DNA of 45,959 nucleotides from Perkinsus olseni (Eukaryota): NCBI GenBank assembly GCA_013115125.1, contig JABANN010000264.1, positions 1 to 45,959 of the forward strand, read 5' to 3'. Shown piece by piece: positions 24,352 to 35,953 of this stretch (position 1 is its first letter; each line of letters starts with the position of its first letter). The notes under the pieces were generated by a model. It saw only the letters and a program-made list of their open reading frames with translations, ran no database searches and was not told where the DNA came from. The position numbers and the translations under genes were made by a program.

Positions 24352-27300
24352 TCAAGGTCTAAGTTCATCAAAATCGCCGATACCCAGCAGCATATCATTT
24401 GTTATGTCGAGTACCAGCATGTGACCCGGGCTATGCGTAACAAGAAATTCCGGACTGCCAGAAATTGCCCCGACGGTTGACGTCACCCCGCAGCACCAAA
24501 ATACACAGACCTAGAAAGAAAGGAATCTTTCCGCACGAAAATTGTTCATGCTAACCTCATCATCATGCACCTCAACCGCGTCACCGTAATGAGGAGGTTG
24601 GGAGACGTCGACGCCGATGGCCCTTCCGTCGCCGATGTGGACAGGTCGGCCGTGCGCTAGAGGATATTGACTAGTGATTTGTATAACTTGAGGTATCTAA
24701 GCATGAGAGGTTAACCTACGAAGTGCAAGAAAGGATGTTAAGATATCTTTGGCAGTGACCGAGGAAATCAAGCTGAGCTCGATATTTGTGGGGAAAATTT
24801 TTTCGAAGGAAATTTTCGAACTTATTTTTGATATTCTTACTTGATCTAGCCGGTAAGGCCGCATGGTCACGACCAGCACGCCGCCGAAGGGTCCAGCAAC
24901 CTGGGAGAATATAAATCGATCACGCGATCGATTTTACAGGACCCACCTTATTGGGTATGTTTGTACGATACATCGACACATTCTTGCCTTGAACCATATG
25001 CCTGGGTGGAGCACCTGCCTGCAAAAATGCCAAAGATGAATCGCTTCGCTCCGCCATTTTATATCGACCCATCACTGGTTAAGCTTATTACTGCAACAGC
25101 TAGCTGATGAAATGCAAGATACGGAATCAACAATCGATCGACCGTTTCATGCTTACTGTTCACCGGAACATCGAGACGTCTAGATAGCGGAAAAGATATC
25201 TCGGCAGTCGATTACAGAAGGTAATTTAGCTAATTAATTCCATAATGACAATGTTGTTCATAAATTTTAGAATTTCCGACTCAGCAGCAATTCGCTCTTT
25301 TTGCTCATGATTGTCTCAGCCAATTTGAAAAAGCACAGAGTTGCCGATGGAGTGGTATCATTTTCCCGATAAGATCCCCTTTTCCACGGAAAAAAATCAC
25401 TAATCAAAATTCTATTTTCGGAAGCATTTAATCGAAAATACAAAACAGGTTTCCCGTGACCACAGTGTCGCCATGAATCCAAATCGATCAACCGTTTCAC
25501 TTTCCTTTCACAAGTATCTTGCGGTGCGATCTCACCCGCGTCCGCCAGTTTGTCCTCCCATGAAAAGCTGCAGCCGAAAACGAAGCCAGTGAGGCCCTCA
25601 ACATCCTCGGGCACGCTCGTGTCCGCTCGCAGCACTTCAACCTTGTCATGACCGTTGTAAACTGTGTACTTGGGAGCGTCTAAAAATGAGAGAAAAATAT
25701 TTCACAGACAAACAATTTCCCATCCCTTCCCAAACCGGGTAGAATGGTTTGCTATACCACATTTCTACCAATAATTCATTGCGAAGTTCACAAACCACTG
25801 TTATATCATCGATTCTACCTCTTCAACTGAGTAACGTTTTACTATCAACTACTGATTGTGATGGTACGTCCGTTGCAAGATGACTGTACCATTATGCAAC
25901 ACATCATTCGAATTGTCAATAAATCTTCTGCGTGCGAGGCAAAGATATCTCGTTCAACATTCGCGAATCATCAATCAATGTCAGCGATGCTCGGGCGCAC
26001 ATTCCCGGCACGCTCTCTCATGATTGGCTATGAAAATCAACAGACAAGAGGAGAATACTCATCATCAGCTGGCGACAAATAACCTGTACCTGCTTGCAAA
26101 TAGGGAATCCAGAGACCCCCTCATAACCCGAATTGTCGGAGAGTTGGGTGTACAAAATTGTTGATGAGTTCGAAAAAAGGTAAACCCGCCGACACTCAAG
26201 GAAATCCCATAGGTTTTTTCCCTCTAATAAAGGAGCAGGCGAAAAAACGATTATTGCCGCGAAAATCGACCCTAGCGCCTCATCGATTCTCACAAATCCT
26301 GTGGAGTGCGTACTCACCGGTAAGGATATCAGCTCCCGGAGTTACGACAGCCGAGATCAACTTCAATCGACGATGACCGTTAGGGTCAGTGGTAGTGGTG
26401 GAATCGATCGTTTCCAATAAGGCGCATGCTTGCGGGTTGAGAGCACAGAAACGCTCGAAGTGGTTCTTGTACTTGGACGGGAGGATCACTAAGTTGGCCT
26501 GAAAGACATAGTAGATACGAACTACTTTCTATTCTAATCTCATAATTATACTAGCTAAAAAATCCTTTTCTAAATTACAGAAAATCTTGAAGTTCATAGT
26601 TCGTGCTTCATGGTGAGCGCACAAGCAAACGCGCAGCTGCAAAGGGTCCAGGAGAGATCCGTCAAGTTCAGTTCTAGTTGAACTACAACAGTCACAGCGT
26701 CCCTTTATGTCCCTCATACAAAGAATGATACGCTTAGAACAGGCGGGACTCAGGACGGGAAAGAATCCTGGAGCTACCTCGACAAATTCTAAATTCTCAA
26801 CATTGACCTTATTCCTTCGCGACTAGTTCGAGCGTTTCTAAACCAGTTCGCCCTAGGAGAACAATAGAATCAGCCCTAGTAGTAGGTAACAGCCAATCCC
26901 GCTTACCTGCACGTGTCCGGCTGCTTTACCCGACGTCGGGCCTGACCAAACACCATCCCTACACTCTTCACGGACCTTCGCAGCAGCAGTAGCGTCTACT
27001 GCATGATCTCGCAGTCTGAGAAAGGAGAACACAGCTGTTTCCATGCAGGGCGTCAGGCCAAAGCGCACCAGGTGGACACGCATGGGCTAACTGATACTTG
27101 TCGGAATCTCTCGGGAGTTTCAAAGTTCTCAGAATTTTCCACTCACATGCACTCTTCGTGGCCGAGTTTGTGAGACGTAAAAGAATTGCCATGCTTTTAG
27201 CGTGAGCCTCTCTAGCTAAGAACGTTAACGCGCTTTCGCAACGCTCTCTCAATAATGGTGATGATGGTGGTTCCGAGAAACTGCAGTCAATTTGTGTGCC

Positions 27301-28319
27301 GCGGTGAACGGTAACCGCGGAGTGACATCAAAAATCGACATGTAACCTATTTCCTCTCCGGCCGGAAGGGGACTTTCGGTCAACCTCTCTGGCTTGTGAT
27401 CGTCCTACCCGCACATGCCCTACGGCATTTAATCGACCACTTAATAAAAACCTGGCCCCTGTAAAGAAGAATCTTTCGTGACTATTTACCCCGCTAACCA
27501 GGTTCACGTAATAATGCTTTTATTCTACCAATTTTAACACTATTACTGAGTCAGATTATTCAACGCATACACTGTCTCTGACCCTTCCAGTTTGAAGCCA
27601 AGTATTTGACCGCGCGCCACGAAATACAAACCATTAATACCTCCTCCCTAGCTCCTGTATGGCTCCTCTGGTCCTTTTCAAGGCCTTTCCCTCGTCCAAG
27701 TGAGTGTGCAGTTGTTTCTCATCACTATAATGCCATTTTCCGGTTTTTTCATCAAAAATAGCGTCCCCCACCATCCCATCGTATCCCGTCTCGAAGCTCC
27801 ACTTGCGGTCGGGCGGCATGAAACTGAAAAACTCTACCATCACGCACTCGGGTCCCTACGATGAAGTGTCAAGCTAAATCAGCTTATGCCCTCCTAAGGA
27901 GGGCCTCCTTCCTTTCGTGGAATATCTTCTGCGCGTGCGTGCAAGACAATTTCATGGCGCGCGAGAAGTGTAAATGAGCGTTTCAGGAACCCAAAAAGAG
28001 TTCTACACCAAGATCAGTCCCCTCCCATAGGTTTAGCGCCTCATCGTGGCGTGGGAGTGTTTACACGAAGCCAAACCGAACCTACCGCACTCGACAATCA
28101 CCCAGCGGGTGGTGACTGAGCGGCGGCAAATCGAGGACTGAGCCGAGCCTTTCTCTGTTCAGTAAATCCATGTTAGGAGCAACTCGAGGAGCAGTCCTTG
28201 GATCGATCTTAGGACTGCTTTATTTGTCTTTTACTCAACAGCACGACTAGTTCGTGGACGTAAGGCTAATTTGGTTTCCCCCTCCCAGTGTGGACGTTGT
28301 GTCGTGCCTATCGGTAACC
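24352..28319 (-). CDS. DUF1445 / D-glutamate cyclase-like (putative hydro-lyase) protein with N-terminal extension
   Basis: Core 24352-27015: GPTSGKAAGHVQ|ANLVILP..FERFCALNPQACALL..ADILT|DAPKYTVY..GFVFGCSFSWE..|PRHMVQGKNVSMYRTNI..GPFGGVLVVTMRPY..AHGRPVHIG..VFWCCGVT..THSPGHMLVLDI. Upstream exons join in frame; true start not determined. Confidence 0.88.
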
Positions 28320-28840
28320 CTGAAGGCAGCATGGTGGTAGGCTTCTGGTCATGGTACGCTCAACTCCGACTCTTAAGTGTGCTCTTCTGATGGTTAGGAC
28401 TGCTCACTTTCTTCACAAATGTGTGAAGAAGGACCTTGAAAGGGGTATACCATCCTAAATCATTGGCAGCGTCTGAGGTGTTCATGGGGAGAGGATCATG
28501 ATACAGAAAGTTCGTGGAAAAAAGCGGTTTCGTATTTTATGAGGAAATTATTGCGACGTGTCTTCTTTGCTGCTGTGGTGATGCAGAAGTTTGAGTGGTC
28601 GTGGACTGGGTGAAGCGCCAGGCTGGTGTCGCTTCGCCATATCTTATCAATCGTGCACGGTGGCTTAGGTTGCTATCTGCCCTTCAATGTAGTCCACCGC
28701 TAGAATTACGCGGTCAATTCATTGGGCAAGCTTAAAGCTCGACTAAGAAGTAGACCGAACTCTGAGAGTGTTCCGGATCTTGAGGAGTTTATCAAATTGA
28801 AATCAGTAAAAGAATTAGCAACTTCACAAGTAGTTGAATA

Positions 28841-30102
28841 ATGAACCTGTTTGACGCAATTGCCGTTGTTGGACTCTCTCTGATCAGCATGTTGTCTCAT
28901 GTCCTTCTCGTCGTCTTTACCATATCCCGATCGGTCATCGCATCACAGTCCCGGGAGAATAAGTCAGACGCTATCAGAAAGCTCCGCACTGCTGTTGTTA
29001 ACATCAATAACCAATTAAACGACGTCGTAGAGGCCCTGAATGAGTTGCTCGGGGAAAAGCCTCCCTCGAACGACCTCCCTGAGGGTGTGGCGTCGGAGGA
29101 AGGCGTGGTTGTCGACCTCGAATGGCTCAAGAAAGCTATTGATGTCATGTATGGTGGAAGAGACTCGCCTGCGCACAGCGAAGGAAAAACAAAAGATACT
29201 CCTACGCACAGAGAAGGATATGCGGAAGATACCATTGCGCACAGAGAAAGATTCTCTTTTTCGTCGTTGCGGTCGAAAGACTTACGTGAGCAAGTATTCT
29301 CCTTGATCACCATCGGTGAGGATACCGCAGCTTGGCTTTGGGGTTGTGCTGTATGGCTTCTTATGTTGGTCATTGATATTGCCCTTTGTACGGTACTTAT
29401 GATATATGCTAAGGGGGGTAGTATTGATGTTAGGGACACTGTGAGTATGCAGGATTGGATACTATCACAAGTACGTTAGGGTTATTAGCGGACGTCTCTC
29501 GACTCTCGTTACCATTGTTCGGAGTGCTCTCCAGCGTTCAGCTAGCGTTGATGTATTTAATAACGGCTCGGGTGGATAATAGGTTGAAGAGAGTAATTAT
29601 CGAAAGCTACCGGCTGTTGGTCTCGTAAATATAGGTTTCGTCGCACGCTCTTGGCGAATTCATAGGGACGTACTAGACCGAGCTCTGATGTTCGGAGCTT
29701 GCTCGACATTCTCTCAAATTGATAACCGCGTCTGCCTTGAGTCTGGAGGGAATTCGCTTTTATAATATATACCATCTTGTTTACATGGATGGATCCACAC
29801 TACCTGCGCACTCGCCTGTAGAAGGTCTCGGTCGTGTTGTTTCTCAGCTGTCAATGAGTTGCCTGCTGGCCTTATCCCTCCGAGTGCTGTCCTTGTTTTT
29901 GGCGCCCGAGGACAGCCTCGCTGCCCATGTCATGGACGCCGCCCTGCTCACGTTGAGGGTCCTCGGTGTTGTCACGATGCTTGTTAACCAGGGCGATGGC
30001 AGGGAGAAAAAGGTAGTAGGGCTGTCCTGTACGATTCTTCGTGGATGTCTAAAACGATTTTTATTGGTCTACTCAGGCTCGTGTTTTTGTATGGTGATTT
30101 AA
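28841..30102 (+). CDS. Hypothetical membrane protein with signal/TM segments and coiled coil
   Basis: 212-aa first ORF with hydrophobic N-terminus, coiled-coil IRKLRTAVVNINNQLNDVVEALNELL and TM WLWGCAVWLLMLVIDIALC; further hydrophobic ORF at 29719-30102. Confidence 0.5.
29162..29251 (+). repeat. Degenerate 33-bp coding tandem repeat (about 3 copies)
   Basis: DSPAHSEGKTK / DTPTHREGYAE / DTIAHRER; shared core GCACAG.GAA.GA. Confidence 0.75.
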
Positions 30103-30975
30103 CCGGTGGAATGGACAGTTTGATGTGATTTTGCTGATTACATAATTTTGAAAATTTAGGAATGTTCTAGCGTTATTGATAGAATAGAAAAATATTAAGA
30201 GAAAATGGTAGTAAACGTGTCATGACGCGAAGTCAGTATGATTAGGACCGGAGTTAGCTCGTTTCGGGTCAGATATCTAGAAAAGATATCTGATTATCGA
30301 ATGCCTAAAAAGATAAACTAAAACAATTATGAAAAGGGAAATAAAAGAGATTGAGAGAGATACTATTAACATGTATTTCAATATGAATGTTATTCTCTGC
30401 CGGTCGTTATCGTTATATTGTAAACTTTTTTGTATTTGATTCTGATACTACTGTTGATGTATGACGGGCCCAGACCATGCTACTTAGTGAGTGGGCAGAA
30501 AACGAGAACTCTTTTCAGGAGAAGTTGTCTGCCCCCGTTCGGACATCTGCACACGCAAGGTCAGCGACTCCAACAAGGTATCATAGAAGGCAAGGAACAG
30601 TGAGAACGCCTGAATTCAGTGAGGGGGTGAAATGCGCTCACTGGGATTCGAACCGGGGTGTGAGGTGGCTGTTCGTCAAGCGTGTGGCTTTCACGCAGCT
30701 AGCTGTGGCTTGACCTTTATCGTCTCCTGTTGTGATCATTAGGATCGCCGATTGTAGAAGGCTGTCGGCCAAGGGTGGGCGCGGCGTGAGCGGCGCTTAC
30801 TGAGCGGAGCGAAGCGATTCATGTTTTATCAATTGATTGTAGCATGAGATATTAGTTGTTACTAGTGAATCAAGTGAAGTTGGGTTGGATGGGATTGAAC
30901 TTGGGTCTGTCGTATGCAAGTCCATGGTAGGACCCGGTAAAGCTGATTGGCGGTAGGTTTAAAGCTTGTTTAATA

Positions 30976-33487
30976 ATGAGTAGTGCTACTACAGCTCCAA
31001 TTGGGAAGGTTACGAAAAGGCGTGTGAGCACCAGTAAAGGGACGATGGAGGATCTCACTGTTCTCACCTACAATGTTGATACCGCTATCAAAGATATGCC
31101 TCAACGAATCAAGATACTGATTGAGGTAATACCACCTAATTACCCGGGTGGCACGATAGTAGATAGTAGAGGGGTAAGGGATTCCGTCAGGAAATTTTGG
31201 CGGTTATTCAAGGGTTCGTAGTTGTGTAATAGGAACCTTATAGTGCGTACTGTAACCTGGATTGGCAACCTGTAGGAGTGGAAGAGGTGTATTCTCTCGA
31301 AACCCATTGTGAAGCTTTCGGAGGGGTTAAACTTGGACGTATCAGGGGAATCGAAGACATATAGCCAGAGTTCGTTGATTGATATAACTTGAGTGGTCCT
31401 TCGCCAGCTACAACATTGCTGCCTCTCAGTGTCTCCAAAATCGTGATTATGATGTGGTATGTTTACAAGAAGTATTCAGTAGTGCTATGAAGGAAGCCAT
31501 CACCAACGGTCTCGAAGATCAATATTATGTAATGCTAGTGGCCCTGCGCCTCCGCTCCTCCGATAGTTCTTCCCATCTTCTCAGATATTATCAGCAGATC
31601 ATTCCGCGCCATTCTTCCCCTTCCAGTCATTCCTACCATCGATGCTGCTCACTATCGTGGCCAATGCTTTTCCACCGTAAGTAAAAGCCGCTGGGGGCCT
31701 CCTGATTTGCCTGGGAATAGGGAGCTGACCACTCTTCTATTTTCGTGGCGCGCGAAATATCTCCCGTCCGATCCGTCACTAGAAACTGGCTTCCTTGTAT
31801 TCCGCATCTTTCCTCTATCGGCGGGAGTGCACTGGGTCGTTGTGAACGACGCGCGATGTGGAAATAACTGGCATTCGTATTTTTCTCAGGATCCTACGGG
31901 CCCTGGCTTTCATCGCCGCAATTCTTGTCTGCCCGCCGGTTATGAGGTTGGCCTCACAATATGTGAGTCTGGCTAGCAGCATGGTCTTCTTCGTCGTCTC
32001 CTACCCGGAAGGTCCGGGGTTCGAGCCCTTACCGGGGGTCGAACTTGCGCGAGTTTCCACCCTCAGGTTTTCCATTGTCTCCAATACGCCAGCGCCTTCC
32101 ACAGCGAAGGTCGTTCTCAACCTTTCGACTACATGGGACTCACGATCCTTCTCAATAAGAAGAGGTTCAGTGACGCACAAGTAAGGAAAGTATCGCGCGC
32201 CACGAAATTCATTCTGGCTTCGTCGGGTCAGGTTGAATGTGCGGAGCCATTCCAAGTGCAAGGATATACCGCCCCTGCGACGGGATGGGGTTGGATATGG
32301 TTGTGGGTAAGCAACTCCGTCACTGCGCCACGAAATTATTGAGTTTCTTTCCATCTGTATCAGGTGGAATGGACCTTCCTTCGTCCGGGGTATCTGATTG
32401 TCTCCGGCGAGCTTAGTGGCGCGGCTGGTCAAATTCTAACTATAGTGGACCTTCATTTTGTTCTTGGAAGGGAGAGAGATTGTGTGAACCCTAACAGGAA
32501 GGCGCAGGCTGACGAGATACTCTGGGCCGTGGATCAGTAGGTCCCGGGTTCGATCCCTAGGAGGGTTCATTCTACCTCTCTTCAAAAAGGTACTCTCCTA
32601 AGAACTCCCAAGTTATCGTGTGTGGTGATCTCAATTGCTCGGCTTTCACTTTGGATGAGGACAAGATGGATCACGTAGAGCTGATGGTGAGAACGGACTT
32701 GTGCATGCGTGCAATTTTATTGTGTCCCCTGTCCCTTGGTAGATGTTTAGTCGTAACAAGTATCAAGATGCTCTGAAGGTCTTCAATCCCGAGGCCGGCC
32801 GACTTCCTGACGACCAAATGCGTAAGGTCATCACCAAGGCCCTTGCGGCTAGGCATCGCGATGGGGGCGTTGAGAAATCGCAAGAGAGCAAGAATTCTGA
32901 TAAATCTGCCGATGAGAAGAACGACGAGTCTCTTGAAACGGAGATCGCTGATGACGAGCCGAAGATTCAAGAGATAAGCGAGGACGAAGCTCCGCTAGTC
33001 GCCGAAGATACCGTTGAGGAAACGCAAGATTGCAAGAAAGTGGCGGAGCTCGACTCGGAAGTCGAAGAATCTCTAGAACGCCTGAAGTTGCCTATCACTT
33101 GGGATGGGGTGAGTCGCCTCGAGCGAAGCGCTGCCAAAAAGCAGCTTTTGAACGACAGGTGAACAACCCGAAGACGCGGATCAGCGATCCCGGTGCGGAG
33201 TTGCGCTGCGACTACGTCTTTCTGAGGGATGCACCAGAACCGGAGCTGAGGACGATCAAACTGGTTGAGAAGGAGGTTGGGCTAGGTTCACTTGTGCAAG
33301 GCTTCATAGCCATTCCCCGTCAGATGCGTATTGTGTTCGACGGGCTGACGAGTCCCGCTGAAGGCGTTGCTCCCCTTCCTATTGTTTCTGATCACTACGG
33401 GGTTCAAGTAAGACACCTTACTGAGCTGATTTCCCAGACGCTGTGGCTTCTCAGGTCTCCTTCGCACTGGAGAGAGTGTCGTCGTGA
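30976..33487 (+). CDS. Endonuclease/exonuclease/phosphatase (EEP) superfamily protein with hydrophobic and acidic insertions
   Basis: All EEP motifs in order: LTYNV, DVVCLQEV, DLHF, VIVCGDLN, ITWD..N, RCDYVF, VSDHYGV. Confidence 0.88.
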
Positions 33488-33597
33488 AGAGATCGGATGA
33501 GTTTCTGTAGAGTTGGCCGTTCGTCTAAGCGTCGAATGAAAGCGTTTAAAAACAAATTGTTCAACATTTATACTAGGCCGGGTTGCGTTAGTCGGGA

Positions 33598-34790
33598 ATG
33601 GAATCTTTTCTGGGCGCGATTTCGAAGATGTTTTTGGCTCATCACATTCCGGGTGTGAGTGGACATCTGAACCCTCACCCTTGCCAAGAAGCCGACGTGG
33701 CCGACTGCGCACTGAAGGCCCTCCAAGAGAGGATCTTGTACGGCGAGTCGCCCATGGATAACATCAATCATGACGATTATGATCCACAGAAAGCCCTCCA
33801 TTGTAGTATAATTTCGTGGCGCAGTGACGTTTGATTGACTTTCACGGACGCCCAGATACAGTTCCGGATCCTTATGGTGAACATAACCATAATCATCCCA
33901 TGCCGCGCAAGACCTCGTCTTCTTTCGCCGGAAGAAGATTTCATAGTAACAACAAGTCTCACGTTTCGTTGGGTTCCCCACTCCTGTCGCCGACGTACGC
34001 CGAATACGCTCTCTGTCTTGTTGGATTCGTGATTATCCAAGAGAGTTCCGAGTCGGGAGTGAATAAGCAAACGTTGGCCGGAGCATGTGAGTGAAGCTCC
34101 GTGCCGTCTGTGGACAATGCGAGTTGGTGTGAATCTATGTCGTACTATAATGATTATCCCACGGGTTCTAGTACAGAGTTTGATAGAAAAGTCGCGAAGC
34201 GCGTCGACTGGCTATTACGGTTACTGCCAACTAGGATGGGATGAGAACAAACTCGCGATGGTCGCCCAGCAGGTGGGTCCTCGTTCGCCACCACGTCGGA
34301 AGAGCAAGTACATCGGCTGGGGGATGGGACGTTAGCTCTGGTTAACGAATCTGTGAGGAAGTTGGCACAGGTGAGCAATAAGTCGCTTGATTGTCTTCTC
34401 GCGATCACATAAGCTCGATCGAATCGCACCCGGCCGTCCTGCTGAATATACTGGAAATCGACAAAGAAAGAAGGGTTGGTCGTTCCTCCAGGCTTAGCAC
34501 AGAGATTCCTCTTCTGTCTTCGCAAGTTTCGTCGCCGTTGAATTCAACAACACTAGTGCGTTCAGCATAGGGCTGAGTTCTCTCGTATCTCCTCAGTGGG
34601 TGTGTGGTATCGGTGTAACCGTGGCATCATCAGGGGTGAGTTTGGCGGCCCTCAGCAACATCTGGCCCCAAATGTTCCAACTGAGGTAAGCGACGCTACA
34701 GGAGTTGCCTCCTGACGTTGTTCAGTAAATCGGAAGAATCTGATGCGAGAGAAGCTTCCGATGAAACTGATGAGAATCCGCCAGCTCGGG
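33598..34790 (+). CDS. Hypothetical multi-exon protein
   Basis: MESFLGAISKMFLAHHIP|EADVADCALKALQERIL..|YTVPDPY..; several GT-AG introns. 3' part unresolved. Confidence 0.35.
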
Positions 34791-35953
34791 TGAGTTCTTC
34801 TTCGACTGCCATTCGCGATTCATTCAATTCACAGGGAGAGATTTCCGGTAAAAAGATTCCCGTTACTGCTAGGTGGCGATAGAGGGCATAAACGCCTCCG
34901 AAGTCACCATCCACCGCCCGCCGACAGACGCGGTCGTCACACCGCTCGCAAGCTCGCGTAGTGTACATACTATTGTGAGCAATAGTATCAGTGCTTTCCT
35001 GAAGCGAGCAGAATTCAATGGCGATGATGATACTGATGCTTCTGTAAGTTGACTTCATGGCAAGATGGTGATTGTCTCTAGTTTAAGAGTGTTGAGTGTT
35101 TGACGAGGTCGAGGGTTGAAACACTACCCTGGGAATTTTGAAACACGCGTGGCAGAAGTATCGTCGAAAGTGGAAGACGAGTTGCTTGCAACCACTTCAT
35201 AGTTGACGAGTAGAAGCAAGAAACATTGAGTGCGAATAAACCTTCTATGAACAGAAACAATATCTCTGACTTCGTTCACGCAAAGATTCTGCAGAACCCC
35301 CTTAATCGAGGTCCACAGCAGTTCGAGGAAGGTGCACGACACATACTCTAGGTTCCTGCATGCATGCTACCCATTACTGAAAAGTAGCAGATCGCCATCC
35401 AGCTTGTTGCTCTTGGCATCAATTGACAAATATCAACGAGTTTTCCCTGTGGGCAGGATCGGCCGAGTTACGTCTTCGGGTCAATATAATTGGAACAATT
35501 ACCATTACAGTAGTTTCCTTTAAAGAGGGTCTCCATACGATTTGTGTGTGTTAGTTTCAAGTCCAAGGCCGTCGCCAACTTAGTTAGACACCTTATGCTT
35601 GGTAACATCACACTAATGAGAATGGTGGCAGGTATAGACCAATTTTTAACATTCACTTGCTCGTACAATTACATCATCGAATCATCAATGACATATCGCT
35701 ACAACTCACCATCCGCTTTCGCGATATGACCCTACTTCTTGTCCAGAAAAGCACATTCATTCGTTACAACTCTTTGTATTTTTCGGCCCCACGCACTCAT
35801 CGGGGATTTTCAAACTCAACAACGACGCCAGCAGAATCTAGACCTATTTGAACACACTTAAAAAGTTCACCAAACAATCATCAGCAGCAGCAGCACCAAC
35901 GCATTCCAGCGGACTGCTAACAACGACTCGAACGGAATTGCCAAAAAGTTGAA

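Noticed and set aside
34800-35950. Several short ORFs on both strands
   Set aside because: No consistent splice chain or recognisable motif; treated as intergenic or decayed.
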